From assembly GCA_034780895.1 (NCBI GenBank), contig JAUZTB010000066.1, positions 16,284,633 to 16,348,632 of the forward strand: 64,000 bases of DNA, read 5' to 3'. Position 1 is the stretch's first letter, and the number at the start of each line of letters is the position of its first letter. Positions 51,140 to 64,000 of the stretch are shown in pieces. Both the position numbers and the translations under genes were made by a program. The stretch is from Rhynchobatus australiae. Its lineage: Eukaryota. The notes under the pieces are model-generated. The model searched no databases, was not told the DNA's origin, and saw only the letters and a program-made list of their open reading frames with translations.

Positions 51140-51520
51140 ACAGCAAATGCTGGAAAAGTGAAGTAAAACCAGAAAATGTTGGGAAAGCTCAGCAGGTCAG
51201 GCACAAGAGAGGAAACATCTAGAGAAACAAGGGACTGCAGATGCTGGAATCTAGATGAAAAGCACTCTGATGCTGGCCAGGCAGCATCCGTGGAGAAAAG
51301 CAGGTGGTCAACGGTTCGGGTCAGGACCCTTCTTCAGGACTGAAGACAGGAAAAGGGGAAGCCCAATATATAGGAGGGAAAAGCGGAGCAGTGAAAGGTG
51401 GGCACAAGGTGCTGATAGGCAGATGTAGGTAAGAGATAGTATAGGCAGGTGAGGGTGAGGAGGGGAGAGCTGATCCACCAGGGGATGGGTCAAAGGTAAG
51501 GAGAGAAAAAAGGGGAGTAG
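51140..51520 (-). mobile_element. Penelope-derived elements (two tandem arm fragments) with a decayed hammerhead at 51305-51342
   Basis: Minus strand cagtc CTGAAGA a gggtcctgaccc GAAC cgtt gacca; arms gctcagcaggtcaggc and ctgcagatgctggaatct. Confidence 0.65.
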
Positions 51521-53519
51521 AAAAAATAGAGATCGAGAGACAGTAAAAATAGAGAAGGTTTTCTTTTGGCCCCGGATTATTCTTTTTCCTTTGTTAAGGT
51601 CTTAAATTCAGGGCAGGAGAGAGGATCGCCCTGAACTTAGTACTGAATTATTTTGTTGAAACCAAACATGCGAAAGGTGCGGGAGAATGAAACTGGGTCT
51701 CGGTGTTCTTATTTAACAGAGGAAAGTATGAGATCAATGTCCTGCAAATAAAGGACGCTTGAAAAACATCTGCAGGAATTTTGCTTTGTGCAACGGTTAA
51801 TGTAAAAAAGCTGTAGTCTACTTAATTAGGTAAGTGATGAAATTAATGCCATTTTAAAGCTTCCTCTGGTAAATCTGGGCAAACCCAGGCCAGTGAGAAT
51901 TAAACAGTGGCTGCCAGCGTAAGATTAGTTTAGTTTAAGAGCGAAATGTTTCTTTGGAGCCAGAAAAACCAGGGTGTTGCTCTGATCCCACAGTATCCCA
52001 ATGAGTACTGCCCACCTCTATTATTAATGATCCATTCTCCCACTCCCCAGTTTGCATGTTACTAGCACATAAGTGACCTGAAATTCGCCTCTTTTAACAG
52101 GGCAAGCTGCCTATGGATGCATAACATGCACAGGGNNNNNNNNNNNNNNNNNNNNNNNNNNNNNNNNNNNNNNNNNNNNNNNNNNNNNNNNNNNNNNNNN
52201 NNNNNNNNNNNNNNNNNNNNNNNNNNNNNNNNNNNNNNNNNNNNNNNNNNNNNNNNNNNNNNNNNNNNNNNNNNNNNNNNNNNNNNNNNNNNNNNNNNNN
52301 NNNNNNNNNNNNNNNNNNNNNNNNNNNNNNNNNNNNNNNNNNNNNNNNNNNNNNNNNNNNNNNNNNNNNNNNNNNNNNNNNNNNNNNNNNNNNNNNNNNN
52401 NNNNNNNNNNNNNNNNNNNNNNNNNNNNNNNNNNNNNNNNNNNNNNNNNNNNNNNNNNNNNNNNNNNNNNNNNNNNNNNNNNNNNNNNNNNNNNNNNNNN
52501 NNNNNNNNNNNNNNNNNNNNNNNNNNNNNNNNNNNNNNNNNNNNNNNNNNNNNNNNNNNNNNNNNNNNNNNNNNNNNNNNNNNNNNNNNNNNNNNNNNNN
52601 NNNNNNNNCAGAGAATCAAAGAAGACAGCAGAAGCCAAAAGAACAAGCCCAATTTCCTCATAGGAGTTTGTTCTGGTAGATGGAATTTGTTCCCAGAACT
52701 CTATCCAATCTGAGTTGCAAGTTCTAAGAGACAAGCCTATAATTTCTATTGCTGCCTCTTAACCCTATTTCTCTTCACACCCACTCATCTTATCACACAT
52801 GATGAATCTCTCCAGCCTGAACATAAATAACCTGGTTGCCCTAGATACAGCGGGCCGAAGTTCCTGTTATTGTCAATCGATGAGAATGACGGGTCATCAA
52901 GTATTTCAATAGGACTGGGTCAAAGTTTTGTTGCTGTGTTTGAAGCCATGCCAAGATGAAATGTAGAGGATTCTAGATAATTGTACTGATGGAACAGATC
53001 TATGCATGGATAGGTTCTGTAGGGCAATTAGTGCAAGTTTCTATTATCTTTTGAATATGAAAGGAGTAATCCAACAATAGTACTGGNNNNNNNNNNNNNN
53101 NNNNNNNNNNNNNNNNNNNNNNNNNNNNNNNNNNNNNNNNNNNNNNNNNNNNNNNNNNNNNNNNNNNNNNNNNNNNNNNNNNNNNNNNNNNNNNNNNNNN
53201 NNNNNNNNNNNNNNNNNNNNNNNNNNNNNNNNNNNNNNNNNNNNNNNNNNNNNNNNNNNNNNNNNNNNNNNNNNNNNNNNNNNNATCTGGAGTCTCTTGT
53301 GTCTCCAACGGTACAGGTTCTTCTCTCTTAACTCACTACACAGCTTAGATATAATTTTGGGAGTACTGTCTGTGTTTGGATCTGTTTCGCAAATGAGAAA
53401 GGTGAATCTTTTTTTGTGCATCTCTTAGTGAGCTCCTCACAGTGGCATCACTGGTGACGTTGTTTGGAGATGGTGCATTTAACCAACAAATTTACTGAAG
53501 GGAGCAAAGAGGAATAGAA

Positions 53520-54065
53520 TAGATTATGAGCAGGGAGATTATGCTGGAATGGTACACAGTTCAAGCCACAGCTTGAGTACCACTAGAATTTTATGCCACC
53601 ACCTTACAGGAAATATGTGATTGCCTTGGAGAGGAGACAGAGGAGATTTGCAAGGATGCTGCCTGGGTTGGAAAATTTTAGCTGAGAGGAAAGATTAGAC
53701 AAGCTAAGCTTGTTTCCATTGGAACAGAGGGAAGGCAATTGAGGTGTATAAAATGAGGAGGTCCTAGATAGGAGCTTCTTTCCTTAAATGGAGGGTCAAA
53801 AATGAGGGAGCATAATTTTAATGAAACTGGCAGAAGGGTTAGAGGGGTAATGAAAATATTTTTCATCGAGAGAGAGGTAGGGATCTGGAATTCACTGTGT
53901 TGAAGGGTTCTGGAGATGGAAATTCTCCTCACATTTAGAAAGTGCTTGGATGCGTTCTTGAAGAGCTGTATGGCTGTGGACCTGGTGAGATTAGGCTGGG
54001 TGGCTCCTTTTAGAATGGCATAGTAATGGTGAATGGAATAGCTCCTTTTCTGTTGGTGAATTTTC
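53520..54065 (+). mobile_element. CR1-type LINE 3' fragment
   Basis: cacagcttgagtac...ttgccttggagaggagacagaggagatttgcaaggatgctgcctgggttggaaaattttagc (ALERxQRRFARMLPGLENFS) and CR1-like 3'UTR. Confidence 0.75.
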
Positions 54066-56899
54066 TATACCCATCAGCCGACTGGGCTAAAATGAGCGGG
54101 ATGCGCACATTATCACATTCCTCTTGGCATCGCTCTATGCTGCAGCGTTTCTCACTCTGGCTGTAAACCTTCTGCCAGGATCTAACAATTTCATAAACCT
54201 GCTGCTTCACAAGACCCTCCTGATCTATTCCTCTCTGTAAATCTGGGAGCTCCCTCTCTGTCCCCTGCAACCTCTNNNNNNNNNNNNNNNNNNNNNNNNN
54301 NNNNNNNNNNNNNNNNNNNNNNNNNNNNNNNNNNNNNNNNNNNNNNNNNNNNNNNNNNNNNNNNNNNNNNNNNNNTCCCCTGCAACCTCTCTCTCCTTCA
54401 TGGTGGCCACAACGTGCGTTGCTGCTCTGTGCCTGCCCTGGGGAATGTGCGTTTAAGGGCTGATGGCCTTCTCAGCTTGTTGTGCAGAAAAGTGTTGGCA
54501 GCTGTGTTCAGATGAGCCTGGTTCTGTTGGGATCTCTCATCCCTTGTTCTACTGCTTGTTTCTGGAAGTAAACCACTCTAACACTGACTCAAATGCCTTT
54601 TTGATCAAGTTTGTGATCTTTTTGATGGGAATCCAATTTGGCAATGGTGTTAAATGGAAAAATGCATCAAAAAAAACTGCCATGCAATTCCAGGCAACGG
54701 AAACTGTACAGATAAGATACGGAAACTCACCAAAGAACTAAGAGAGCTGTACATTGCAGTTCAGAGCAATTATTTTTCTTTAAGGTGTAATGGGGGGCAA
54801 ATTCACCAAAGTTTCTTTGACAGTATTTACAAAGACAACGACCTCCACCATCCAGAAAGACAAAAACAACGGGTGTATAGGGGACCAATTTCTTCTCCTG
54901 ATTACACAGTGCATGACCTGGAAATTCCTCATTGTCTTTTCAGTTGTCAAAAGCTTGGAACTCTGTACCTACTGCAGTGTAGGAGTCATGTGGAAGGTAG
55001 GTTACCTCACCTTATTATAAGCAATGAGGAATGGTCTTAACCAGCCACACCTACATCAGATAAAGTATGATGTTGTATGAAACGTGATTACTTTGTGCTA
55101 TAGAGAATAGTGAAATGCTTTGATTCCCAATGTGTTTTATTTTGAACAAATTAATATTTTTCACAAAAAGTCAGAATTTGTTAATNNNNNNNNNNCCCCT
55201 ATTCTCCTACTCTCAGTCTCTTCTTCTCTCCCTCTCTTTTGCTTCTCACTTTGAGGCTCAGTCTTTTCTTTCACTCTCATTCAGATCCTCTGCCTCTGAT
55301 CCCTGCTAATGGTTCCTCCGCTTTATCTGACTTACAGTGTTTGCAATGGGCTACAGTACCATTAGTATTACGGACTCTTAGCAATCCTTTCTGTGATTAA
55401 TTTTCAAATATCATGTTGGATATGTTGTTAAACAAGTTTAAAGTACTCCAATTACTTTCATGTTTAATATATTGTACGAAATGGCCCTTAACTTAAATAA
55501 TTAGTTAATCCATGTTCACATTTTGTCCTATAAATATTTCAGAATTAAAGCTTTCTGAGAATAAATCAAAGTGTAAATTCTGTCTGCATCTTATAAATGT
55601 TTAACAATAGGTCTACCATTATTTCAGTGTAATATTGATTTAAAAATAATTATATTATCTTTATTTAAAAGCTTGTTTATGAATATAGCAAGATAATTTA
55701 TTTTTCAACAGAGTAACATGTATTTATTTAACCAAAGGGACAATTATTTCAAAACAAGCTCATTTATTATATGGATTTAATATAGTTGTGGTGACCAACC
55801 TCTATTTGTTGCCATGGGCTTTGAACTCTAAAACATAAAACTTACAGTGAACTAGATTCACTTGTTAGTGATCTCTGTGAGTTTAGGATTTATTCCTGTC
55901 TATAACACATCATTATGAGGATATGATTGAATATATATTCATAAACAACAACATCTTTATATTATATTCAATTTCAGAGTCTATTGTGAAGTAATAAAAG
56001 GAAATACTTTGTTAGTGTTGTTTTTAGGTGGACCAGTGGAAGCTGCCATGGTGCTGTGTTGTGCTGCGTGACTGCACCACTCCAGTGACCTCGTCTTTAC
56101 ATTGCAAAATCAGTTGATCAGCAGCAACCATCCTATCAACTATGCCCCAGGGCTCCCCTGCTCAGTGACAGAAACCCTTTGTCTAAGGAATCGCTGGTAG
56201 AGTCATTTCTGTGGCAATGAGCTTGCTCAACAGCACCAGCTTTACTTCAGATTAATTGATAGAAAAATCCTTTTATGAAATGCAGATCATAGGCATTAGA
56301 TTAAAAGCACACCCCAAACATCATTTGCTTTTGCCAATGGAAACATTTTAGATGAGATTTGATCTTGCTTTTATTGCTAAGGTACTTCAGCAAAAGAAAA
56401 CTGTGGCTTTCTGAACTACCACATAGACAATACAGTCTGATATTAGTAAAGTACAATATCTGCCCTCCATTTCTTTGTAGTAACTGCAACTTAGTTATAA
56501 ATTTGTTATTAGAGCAAATATTCCATTTGTGTTTAACTATCAGTAAGTTATTGGCATCNNNNNNNNNNNNNNNNNNNNNNNNNNNNNNNNNNNNNNNNNN
56601 NNNNNNNNNNNNNNNNNNNNNAAAAAATCATTTAATTGAAGAAGCCCAGAAATGATTTCTGGTGTTATTAGTTGACATTTGCTTGAATTGTCATAATACT
56701 TCTGTCTAGCTGCTATATTGACACACACCTAACCCTTTACTCTTAAATAGGTTAATGGCTGTGCTAAAATAGCAGATAAAAAGGAAAGTCAGCCAAATGT
56801 ATTGAAGGTTTGCATGCTAATGTTAAGACCTAAGTATTAATAATATATCTTTAAATAATTTAGTAATATTGGAATACTTTGCAGACAAATTATATAAAG

Positions 56900-57250
56900 A
56901 ATAGCGAGGCTATGAGAAATTTATTAAGGTGATCCTAAGATGAGAAGTTTTTATTGTGAAAAATAAGCAAAGAAATTGGGGTTCTTTTGCAATATGTCAA
57001 AGTCTAAGAGATGATCTAATAGAGATGTTGAAAATTGTGAGAGGTTTTAACAGTTAGCAAACTTATAAGTTCCATAAGACATTCAGAACTCAGAAGGGTT
57101 AAGTAAATCATGGAAAATTATTTCCATTCATTCATTAGTCACTAACCAGCAAGATGTAAGTTTGTTATCACAAAACAGGTAGGTTATAAATTGTTTGATG
57201 CCACAGTTGCTGGTGAATGGGGAAAGCAAAATTCTTCATATCTTTTAAGA
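56900..57250 (+). mobile_element. Old CR1 fragment
   Basis: ctaagagatgatctaatagagatgttgaaaattgtgagaggtttt (LRGDLIEVFKI-like). Confidence 0.45.
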
Positions 57251-58447
57251 AGTGACTCATAAACATATGNNNNNNNNNNNNNNNNNNNNNNNNNNNNNNN
57301 NNNNNNNNNNNNNNNNNNNNNNNNNNNNNNNNNNNNNNNNNNNNNNNNNNNNNNNNNNNNNNNNNNNNNNNNNNNNNNNCAGGAAGAATCTTGCCTCAGA
57401 GTCCCAACACAGAAACAGGCTTTTCAAGGAGACACAGCAAAACCAGGACTGCTCTAGAGCTGCTAGCTCCAAACAGGCAGGAGACAAAGGATACCCTGAA
57501 GTGGACCAATACCCTAGCAACTAGTGCTAGTGAAACCAGGGTTCTTATGGTAGGCTCCTGATGGGACTCAGGTGTGTGTCACCATGTGATTAGTTGTGCA
57601 TGGAATCCATGTGCCGCACAACAAGGCACCATCAATGGGGCCGAATCAAGAGCCAGCACGCGGAACCATGACGATTAGAGGATAGAGTTTAGTGAGAGAG
57701 AAGGCAAATGGCAGCAAAAGAAGCCAACAATCTAGATGGGAGAGGCAAATGGGAAAGGCAACTGCTGATGCCATTTGCTATATTGGATGCTTGTATAGCT
57801 ATGTTGTCTCTACAAAATAGGTGCAGCAAAGATGAATTTCCTGGTAAATGATTAACTGTACAACGAGGCTGATTTTATGGCCCCTGTTTTTGGGCACCAG
57901 ACATACAAAGTGTGCTTTGCCTGTTATGAAATGAATTCAGTTGCATATTTCAGTGCAGGCTATTTACTTGATGTGGTCTGGTATAGCAACTATCTTTGGA
58001 GAGGTATGACACAAGTCGGGATAGAACGGTACCATCCAATAATACATTACAGTACAAAACTATGCAGCTAAAACTATAACCAACATGAGTTGCATATTTA
58101 AAATTGAGATTGATAGATATTTGTGAATGCAGAAATGGGAAACGGGAGGAATGGTGGACAATCAGTCATATCTTACTGAACAGCAGCAGGCCAGAAGGGA
58201 TATGTGCTTGTTCCTGCTTCCATTGTTTATGTTCTTCCTATCAATCCTACAATTTGGGGTTCAAGTGCAATTGGACACGTGCATCAATGGATTCATTGAG
58301 TTATGCAGCACAGAAACAAGCCCTTAAGCCCAGTTCGTCCATGCTGACCAAGATGCTGGGAATGGAGGGAAGTGGATCATGTGCAGCCACATAGGTTTAG
58401 TTTAAGTGGGCACCATGGTCGGCACAGACATTATGGGCTGAAGGACA

Positions 58448-58450
<3 letters not shown>

Positions 58451-58478
<28 letters not shown>

Positions 58479-58486
58479 TATCATCA
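58451..58486. repeat. (CAT)n microsatellite at the 5' junction of a Rex insertion
   Basis: Directly visible. Confidence 0.95.
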
Positions 58487-58730
58487 GGGAGGAGGTACAG
58501 GAGCCTGAAGACCCACACACAATGTCTCAGGAACAGCTTTTTCCCCTCTGCCATCAGATTTCTGAATGGTCCATGAACCCATGAACTCTCCCTCATTATT
58601 CGTCCTTTGCACTAATTATTTATTTTTGTAACTTATAGTAATCTTTATGTCTTGCATTGTACTGCTGCTGCAAAGCAACAAACTTCATGACATAGGTCAA
58701 TGATAATAAAACTGATTCAGATTCTAATTC
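58482..58730 (+). mobile_element. Rex/Babar LINE 3' end nested in CR1 tails
   Basis: catcagggaggaggtacaggagcctgaagacccacac...ctgattcagattct, near-identical to 48860-49110. Confidence 0.85.
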
Positions 58731-60245
58731 TTATTTCTGTGCTGTACTGTTCTATGTTCTATGTCTGTCTAAGATCATCTCATTTGCCTGATTTTGGCCC
58801 TTATCCCTCTAAACCTTTCCACTCTAAAGAACATTGTAGCAGTTTCAGTTACAGAAGCATCTAAACTGAATACAACAAAACATCAAAAATTCTGCTAAAA
58901 ACTGATNNNNNNNNNNNNNNNNNNNNNNNNNNNNNNNNNNNNNNNNNNNNNNNNNNNNNNNNNNNNNNNNNNNNNNNNNNNNNNNNNNNNNNNNNNNNNN
59001 NNNNNNACAAAACATCAAAAATTCTGCTAAAAACTGATTCATGCCAGAAAACACATCTTTCTCATTTGGCAAGCAGTCACAAACACAACAATTTGAAAAT
59101 CTGAATATTCAGTGTCCAAGCCCTCTGCTGAATTTGACTATATCATGAATAATATAACTCATAGCCAGCTGAATAATCTCGTCAGAATACACAGTCAAAT
59201 TTTATCTTGTTTTCTCAATCAATATCTTCCTGTTTTAACTAAATGCTAACCGGTCTTACCATCATAACAGCTGGAGAGTATGGTACATTGGTGGCAATGT
59301 TTGTTCCAGCAATGCCACACTGCAGTGTTATGGTGATATCTCATGGTGATAAACCTCAAACATGAAGAATACCTTTATCAGTGGTAATTACACAATAAAA
59401 TTAGGGCAAACAGATCCATTTCACTAATTAACTATGCAGATTGTGTGGAAAGAATTCTTCTGAGTATCTATTAATTGTATTTGTTCAGGTCCACTTAACT
59501 TCGACACGGTTGTTGTGCTCACATACAAGCCAGACTTGGAATGCTGGATGCAGGATTTGTCAGTGTAGCTAGTTTCACACTGTACTTTGGAGAAACTATT
59601 TGTCAAGCAGCAAGCTGGTTAACATCTGGTGAACTCGAAGGTGAGCTAATCTTTACATGGACTGTTTAATGACTTTCATTTCCTACTGTAGTTAAAGTAA
59701 TTGTATCAAACAGAAACAGAGAGAAAGCTTCTACTGTTTGCTTAAGTACTGTATAGCAGCTATATAAAACAAATATTGAATCAGTATTGCTAGGTATGTG
59801 TGATATTTTTAAGTGTTCCATCATGGCAGACACAAGAGCACAATTCAATCATAAGATCATTCAATGCTGTTTTACTTAAGGAGGACATTCAGTCGACTGT
59901 GCATATACTTGTCTCATGAAAGAACAATCCATTTACTCACAGCCCTGTGTACTGGAGTTCTCCTAATGGTTGATGAGTAAATAAGCCTGGGACATATAGG
60001 GTGACCCCAGGCCTGGTTTCTGATCTGCATTAAATTGGTGAATTGGTTTATTATTGTCTCATGTACCAAGGTACAGTGAAAAACTTTGTTTTGCCGTCAT
60101 ACAGATTATTTCATTACAACAGTGTATCAAGGTAGTACAAGGGAAAACCATAACAGAATGCAGAAAGAAGTGTTACAATTACAGAGAAAGTGCAGTGCAG
60201 GCAGACAATAAGGTGCAAGGCCATAATGTGTCAATTGTGAGGTCA

Positions 60246-60459
60246 CCTACACAACATGCTGGAGGAATTTAGCAGGTCAGGCAGCATCTATGGAGGGAAA
60301 TAAACAGTTGACTTTTCATCAGTCCTGATGAAGGGTCTCAACCCGAAACATCGACTGTCTATTTCCCTCCATAGATGCTGCCTGAACCCCTGAGCTCCTC
60401 CAGCGTTTTGTGTGTATTGCTCCAGATTCCAGCATCTGCAGAATCTCTTGTGTCTTCAG
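60246..60459 (+). mobile_element. 214-bp non-autonomous Penelope-derived element with inverted arms and a 12-bp target-site duplication
   Basis: attgtgaggtca at 60234-60245 and 60460-60471. Arms gctggagg...caggcagcatctatggagggaaata and tatttccctccatagatgctgcctg...cctccagc. Confidence 0.85.
60320..60357 (+). ncRNA. Minimal type I hammerhead ribozyme motif (Penelope-like element type)
   Basis: Stem I cagtc/gactg; core CUGAUGA; extra A; stem II gggu-cuca-accc; GAAA; vestigial stem III C-AUC with predicted cleavage after C60352. Confidence 0.7.
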
Positions 60460-62429
60460 ATTGTGAGGTCAAGAATCCATCTTATTGTACTGGGGGCTGT
60501 TCACTAGTCTTATTTCAGTGGGATAGAAGCTGTCTTTGAGCCTGGTGGTACCTGCTTTCAGGCTTTTGTATCTTTTGCCTAATGAATGCAAGAGAATGTC
60601 CAGGGTGGGTGGAGTCTTTCATTATGTTGGCTGCTTTACCGAGCCAGTGGGAAGTGTAGACAGTCTATGGCGGGGAGGCTGGTTTCCATGATGTGCTGAG
60701 CTGTGTCCACAACTCTCTGAAGTTTCTTGTGATCTCGAGCAGAGCAGTTGCCATACCAAGCTGTGATGCATCCACTGGTCTCTGAAGAAAATACATTTTT
60801 TTTGTTCATAGAGAATTTCAATTGTNNNNNNNNNNNNNNNNNNNNNNNNNNNNNNNNNNNNNNNNNNNNNNNNNNNNNNNNNNNNNNNNNNNNNNNNNNN
60901 NNNNNNNNNNNNNNNNNNNNNNNNNNNNNNNNNNNNNNNNNNNNNNNNNNNNNNNNNNNNNNNNNNNNNNNNNNNNNNNNNNNNNNNNNNNNNNNNNNNN
61001 NNNNNNNNNNNNNNNNNNNNNNNNNNNNNNNNNNNNNNNNNNNNNNNNNNNNNNNNNNNNNNNNNNNNNNNNNNNNNNNNNNNNNNNNNNNNNNNNNNNN
61101 NNNNNNNNNNNNNNNNNNNNNNNNNNNNNNNNNNNNNNNNNNNNNNNNNNNNNNNNNNNNNNNNNNNNNNNNNNNNNNNNNNNNNNNNNNNNNNNNNNNN
61201 NNNNNNNNNNNNNNNNNNNNNNNNNNNNNNNNNNNNNNNNNNNNNNNNNNNNNNNNNNNNNNNNNNNNNNNNNNNNNNNNNGAAAGGACCCAGGAGACAC
61301 CGGGCCTGAAATCTCATGATGATGATTGATGTAGGCTTTGTACTGACTTCTGACACCTCTGCTGAAAATTAAAAGCCTATTTTGTATGGTAATAACAACA
61401 CTTCACTTTGATATAGCCTCAGTATCTGATACCGGTGTCTAAGAGGCTGCTATTTAGTAGTATTATCTCCTGAGGGAAGCAACCATTTGGTTTGAATGAT
61501 AGAAAAATGATTACAAGCAGATTGTAAAAGCTCAAATGAAAAACACACATTGTATCAGCATTGTACATTATCATTTTTAGATATAGGTGACTTGTTTATT
61601 ATACCAAAAAAGTAAACATATTATCACACTGTAATGCTTATAAAAACTGGGAAATCAAAGTGATAGTAAACCAACGACACACTTAACATAAAGTTCATTG
61701 ACAAATTAACATATTGACTCAACTTGATCTAAATCACTGTGATAATCAACATTTTATTTTCCTGAATCACAATGCCAATAGAGATTTCACAATAGTACTA
61801 AGCAGCTTAATCAGAAGTCCTTTTCCATTATCTGTTTCTCTATCAGAAAAGCCAGGAGAAAATATACTTTCCAGTACAAAAGAAAGCACGGACCAGGCAG
61901 TGTGAAGCCTCTGCATTCCTCTCACTTAAATGGGAAAGAAGAGCTGATTTCAAATTGTGTTGGCAGGTGTTTGTGGTCACTGGTTATCAGTATATAGACT
62001 TTGGGAATTCTATGCATAAATAATGAAGCGAAAAACTTTAAAAATCACCCAGGGCAGCAAAAAACCTCCACACGTTCCACTTCCCATTCAAATGAGCAAA
62101 TCTTTCTTCACAAGACTGGATACAATGGGTATCTCAATGTTCAGTGTCTATTAGCTCACCAGGTATCATTTACGGGAAATCAACTGCATTGTATCGTAAA
62201 CCAGACATCAACTGGGATGGGTTAGACCAATGAAGGGTGTAGGAAAATAATTAAGAGACAACACTTTTGTATTTCTATGCATTTCTCTAAATCTTTTGCA
62301 CAATATCTCCTGCTAGACATTTATCCATCCTTGTCATTGTTATTCAGGAAAACAGAAGTTGATTGTCACTGTGACTATATTTGGCCCAGTCAAATGTTAA
62401 CTTGTCAATGAATTGACTTGTGATTTTCA

Positions 62430-62700
62430 GCTAGGCACAAAGCACAAGTCAGGCATGTGATGGAACACTCTCCACTTTCTTGACTGAAGGCAAGTCCAGT
62501 AACACTCAAGAAGCTTGATACCATCCATCATAATGAACCCTGAACATTCAGTCCCTCCACCACGGTGCAGAATGGCTCTCGTGCAAACCTACCACAAATA
62601 CCCACTTGGGCTACTTGACAGCACCTTCCAAACCTGCCTTCTTTACCATTGTTATGAGAAAGGTTCTTTTGGGATCTTAAAGGTAAGATGTATCTGGACA
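62430..62700 (+). mobile_element. Old LINE 3' fragment
   Basis: gaacactctccacttt...aacactcaagaagcttgataccatcca...gacagcaccttccaaacc resembles a decayed non-LTR ORF2 end. Confidence 0.45.
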
Positions 62701-64000
62701 CACAGTCTTTGTACTTTAAAAGGAGGATTTTATTCACAAAGACCGACGTGGGAGCAGAATGTGAAGGAACAGATGCACACNNNNNNNNNNNNNNNNNNNN
62801 NNNNNNNNNNNNNNNNNNNNNNNNNNNNNNNNNNNNNNNNNNNNNNNNNNNNNNNNNNNNNNNNNNNNNNNNNNNNNNNNNNNNNNNNNNNNNNNNNNNN
62901 NNNNNNNNNNNNNNNNNNNNNNNNNNNNNNNNNNNNNNNNNNNNNNNNNNNNNNNNNNNNNNNNNNNNNNNNNNNNNNNNNNNNNNNNNNNNNNNNNNNN
63001 NNNNNNNNNNNNNNNNNNNNNNNNNNNNNNNNNNNNNNNNNNNNNNNNNNNNNNNNNNNNNNNNNNNNNNNNNNNNNNNNNNNNNNNNNNNNNNNNNNNN
63101 NNNNNNNNNNNNNNNNNNNNNNNNNNNNNNNNNNNNNNNNNNNNNNNNNNNNNNNNNNNNNNNNNNNNNNNNNNNNNNNNNNNNNNNNNNNNNNNNNNNN
63201 NNNNNNNNNNNNNNNNNNNNNNNNNNNNNNNNNNNNNNNNNNNNNNNNNNNNNNNNNNNNNNNNNNNNNNNNNNNNNNNNNNNNNNNNNNNNNNNNNNNN
63301 NNNNNNNNNNNNNNNNNNNNNNNNNNNNNNNNNNNNNNNNNNNNNNNNNNNNNNNNNNNNNNNNNNNNNNNNNNNNNNNNNNNNNNNNNNNNNNNNNNNN
63401 NNNNNNNNNNNNNNNNNNNNNNNNNNNNNNNNNNNNNNNNNNNNNNNNNNNNNNNNNNNNNNNNNNNNNNNNNNNNNNNNNNNNNNNNNNNNNNNNNNNN
63501 NNNNNNNNNNNNNNNNNNNNNNNNNNNNNNNNNNNNNNNNNNNNNNNNNNNNNNNNNNNNNNNNNNNNNNNNNNNNNNNNNNNNNNNNNNNNNNNNNNNN
63601 NNNNNNNNNNNNNNNNNNNNNNNNNNNNNNNNNNNNNNNNNNNNNNNNNNNNNNNNNNTTCTATGTCTGAATTATCATTAGAAGAACAAAATATTAAATA
63701 TGAATGAAACCATTTGGGGAGTCAAAGCAATGTGCATTCCCATTTGAATGAGCTCTATATCAGTACACAGTGGTCACCTTGATGGCTGAAGGAGACACAA
63801 TTCCACCCCAGTAGTTGGGTAGGACTGACATCCTAATGCCTTAGTTTCAGGTGTCCACTCATTTAAGACTTGAAGCAGAAATGGTTTCCGCTATCTAAGG
63901 AGGACCTGCAGTATGCAGAATAACCATGGGGAAATAGGTTCCTACAATCCAGGCTGTTTATGGGAGACAGATGACTGCTATTTGCTGTGCTGCGGATTTC

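Larger units (their letters stand above)
60030..60778 (-). mobile_element. Rex/Babar-type LINE 3' part, interrupted by the hammerhead element
   Basis: Minus ORF SGCITAWYGNCSARDHKKLQRVVDTAQHIMETSLPAI, with 3'UTR toward 60030. Confidence 0.75.

Noticed and set aside
58873-59038. Apparent direct repeat flanking a gap (also at 12042-12160, 27759-27880, 40640-40663, 54261-54390)
   Set aside because: Identical sequence on both sides of an N run indicates overlapping contig ends, i.e. an assembly artefact.
59255-59300. Strong minus-strand donor (ATG|gtaagac) near ATG TAC CAT, resembling the PEX5L start MYQGHMQ
   Set aside because: The frame stops before the donor and the similarity is only two residues.
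62515-63707. Long ORFs in the track (also 3941-4446, 52062-52734, 60622-61356)
   Set aside because: Open only because they run through N gaps.
1-64000. CRISPR arrays, rRNA, tRNA genes or prokaryotic systems
   Set aside because: None seen. The sequence is eukaryotic with spliced genes.

Overview
Vertebrate genomic DNA from a gapped draft assembly. The repeat content (V-SINE/HE1-like, Deu-SINE-like, CR1, L2, RTE, Rex/Babar, Penelope-derived) suggests a cartilaginous fish, which is an inference. The left ~12 kb holds a five-coding-exon LIM-homeobox gene of the Lhx1/Lhx5 family on the minus strand (ATG at 10788), closest to Lhx1 but with Lhx5-like residues. Its last exon crosses an N gap and continues in frame for ~148 more codons, suggesting a long C-terminal extension. 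It lies in a CpG-retaining, repeat-poor domain of ~23 kb. Two intact PEX5L/TRIP8b-type exons (33723-33839 and 33049-33192, minus strand) lie upstream, but I cannot find the TPR exons that should follow them. The right half is intronic or intergenic and rich in transposon relics. These include a 214-bp element with a 12-bp target-site duplication, inverted arms and a minimal hammerhead ribozyme motif of the Penelope-like type. All protein comparisons are from memory of the families, not database searches.
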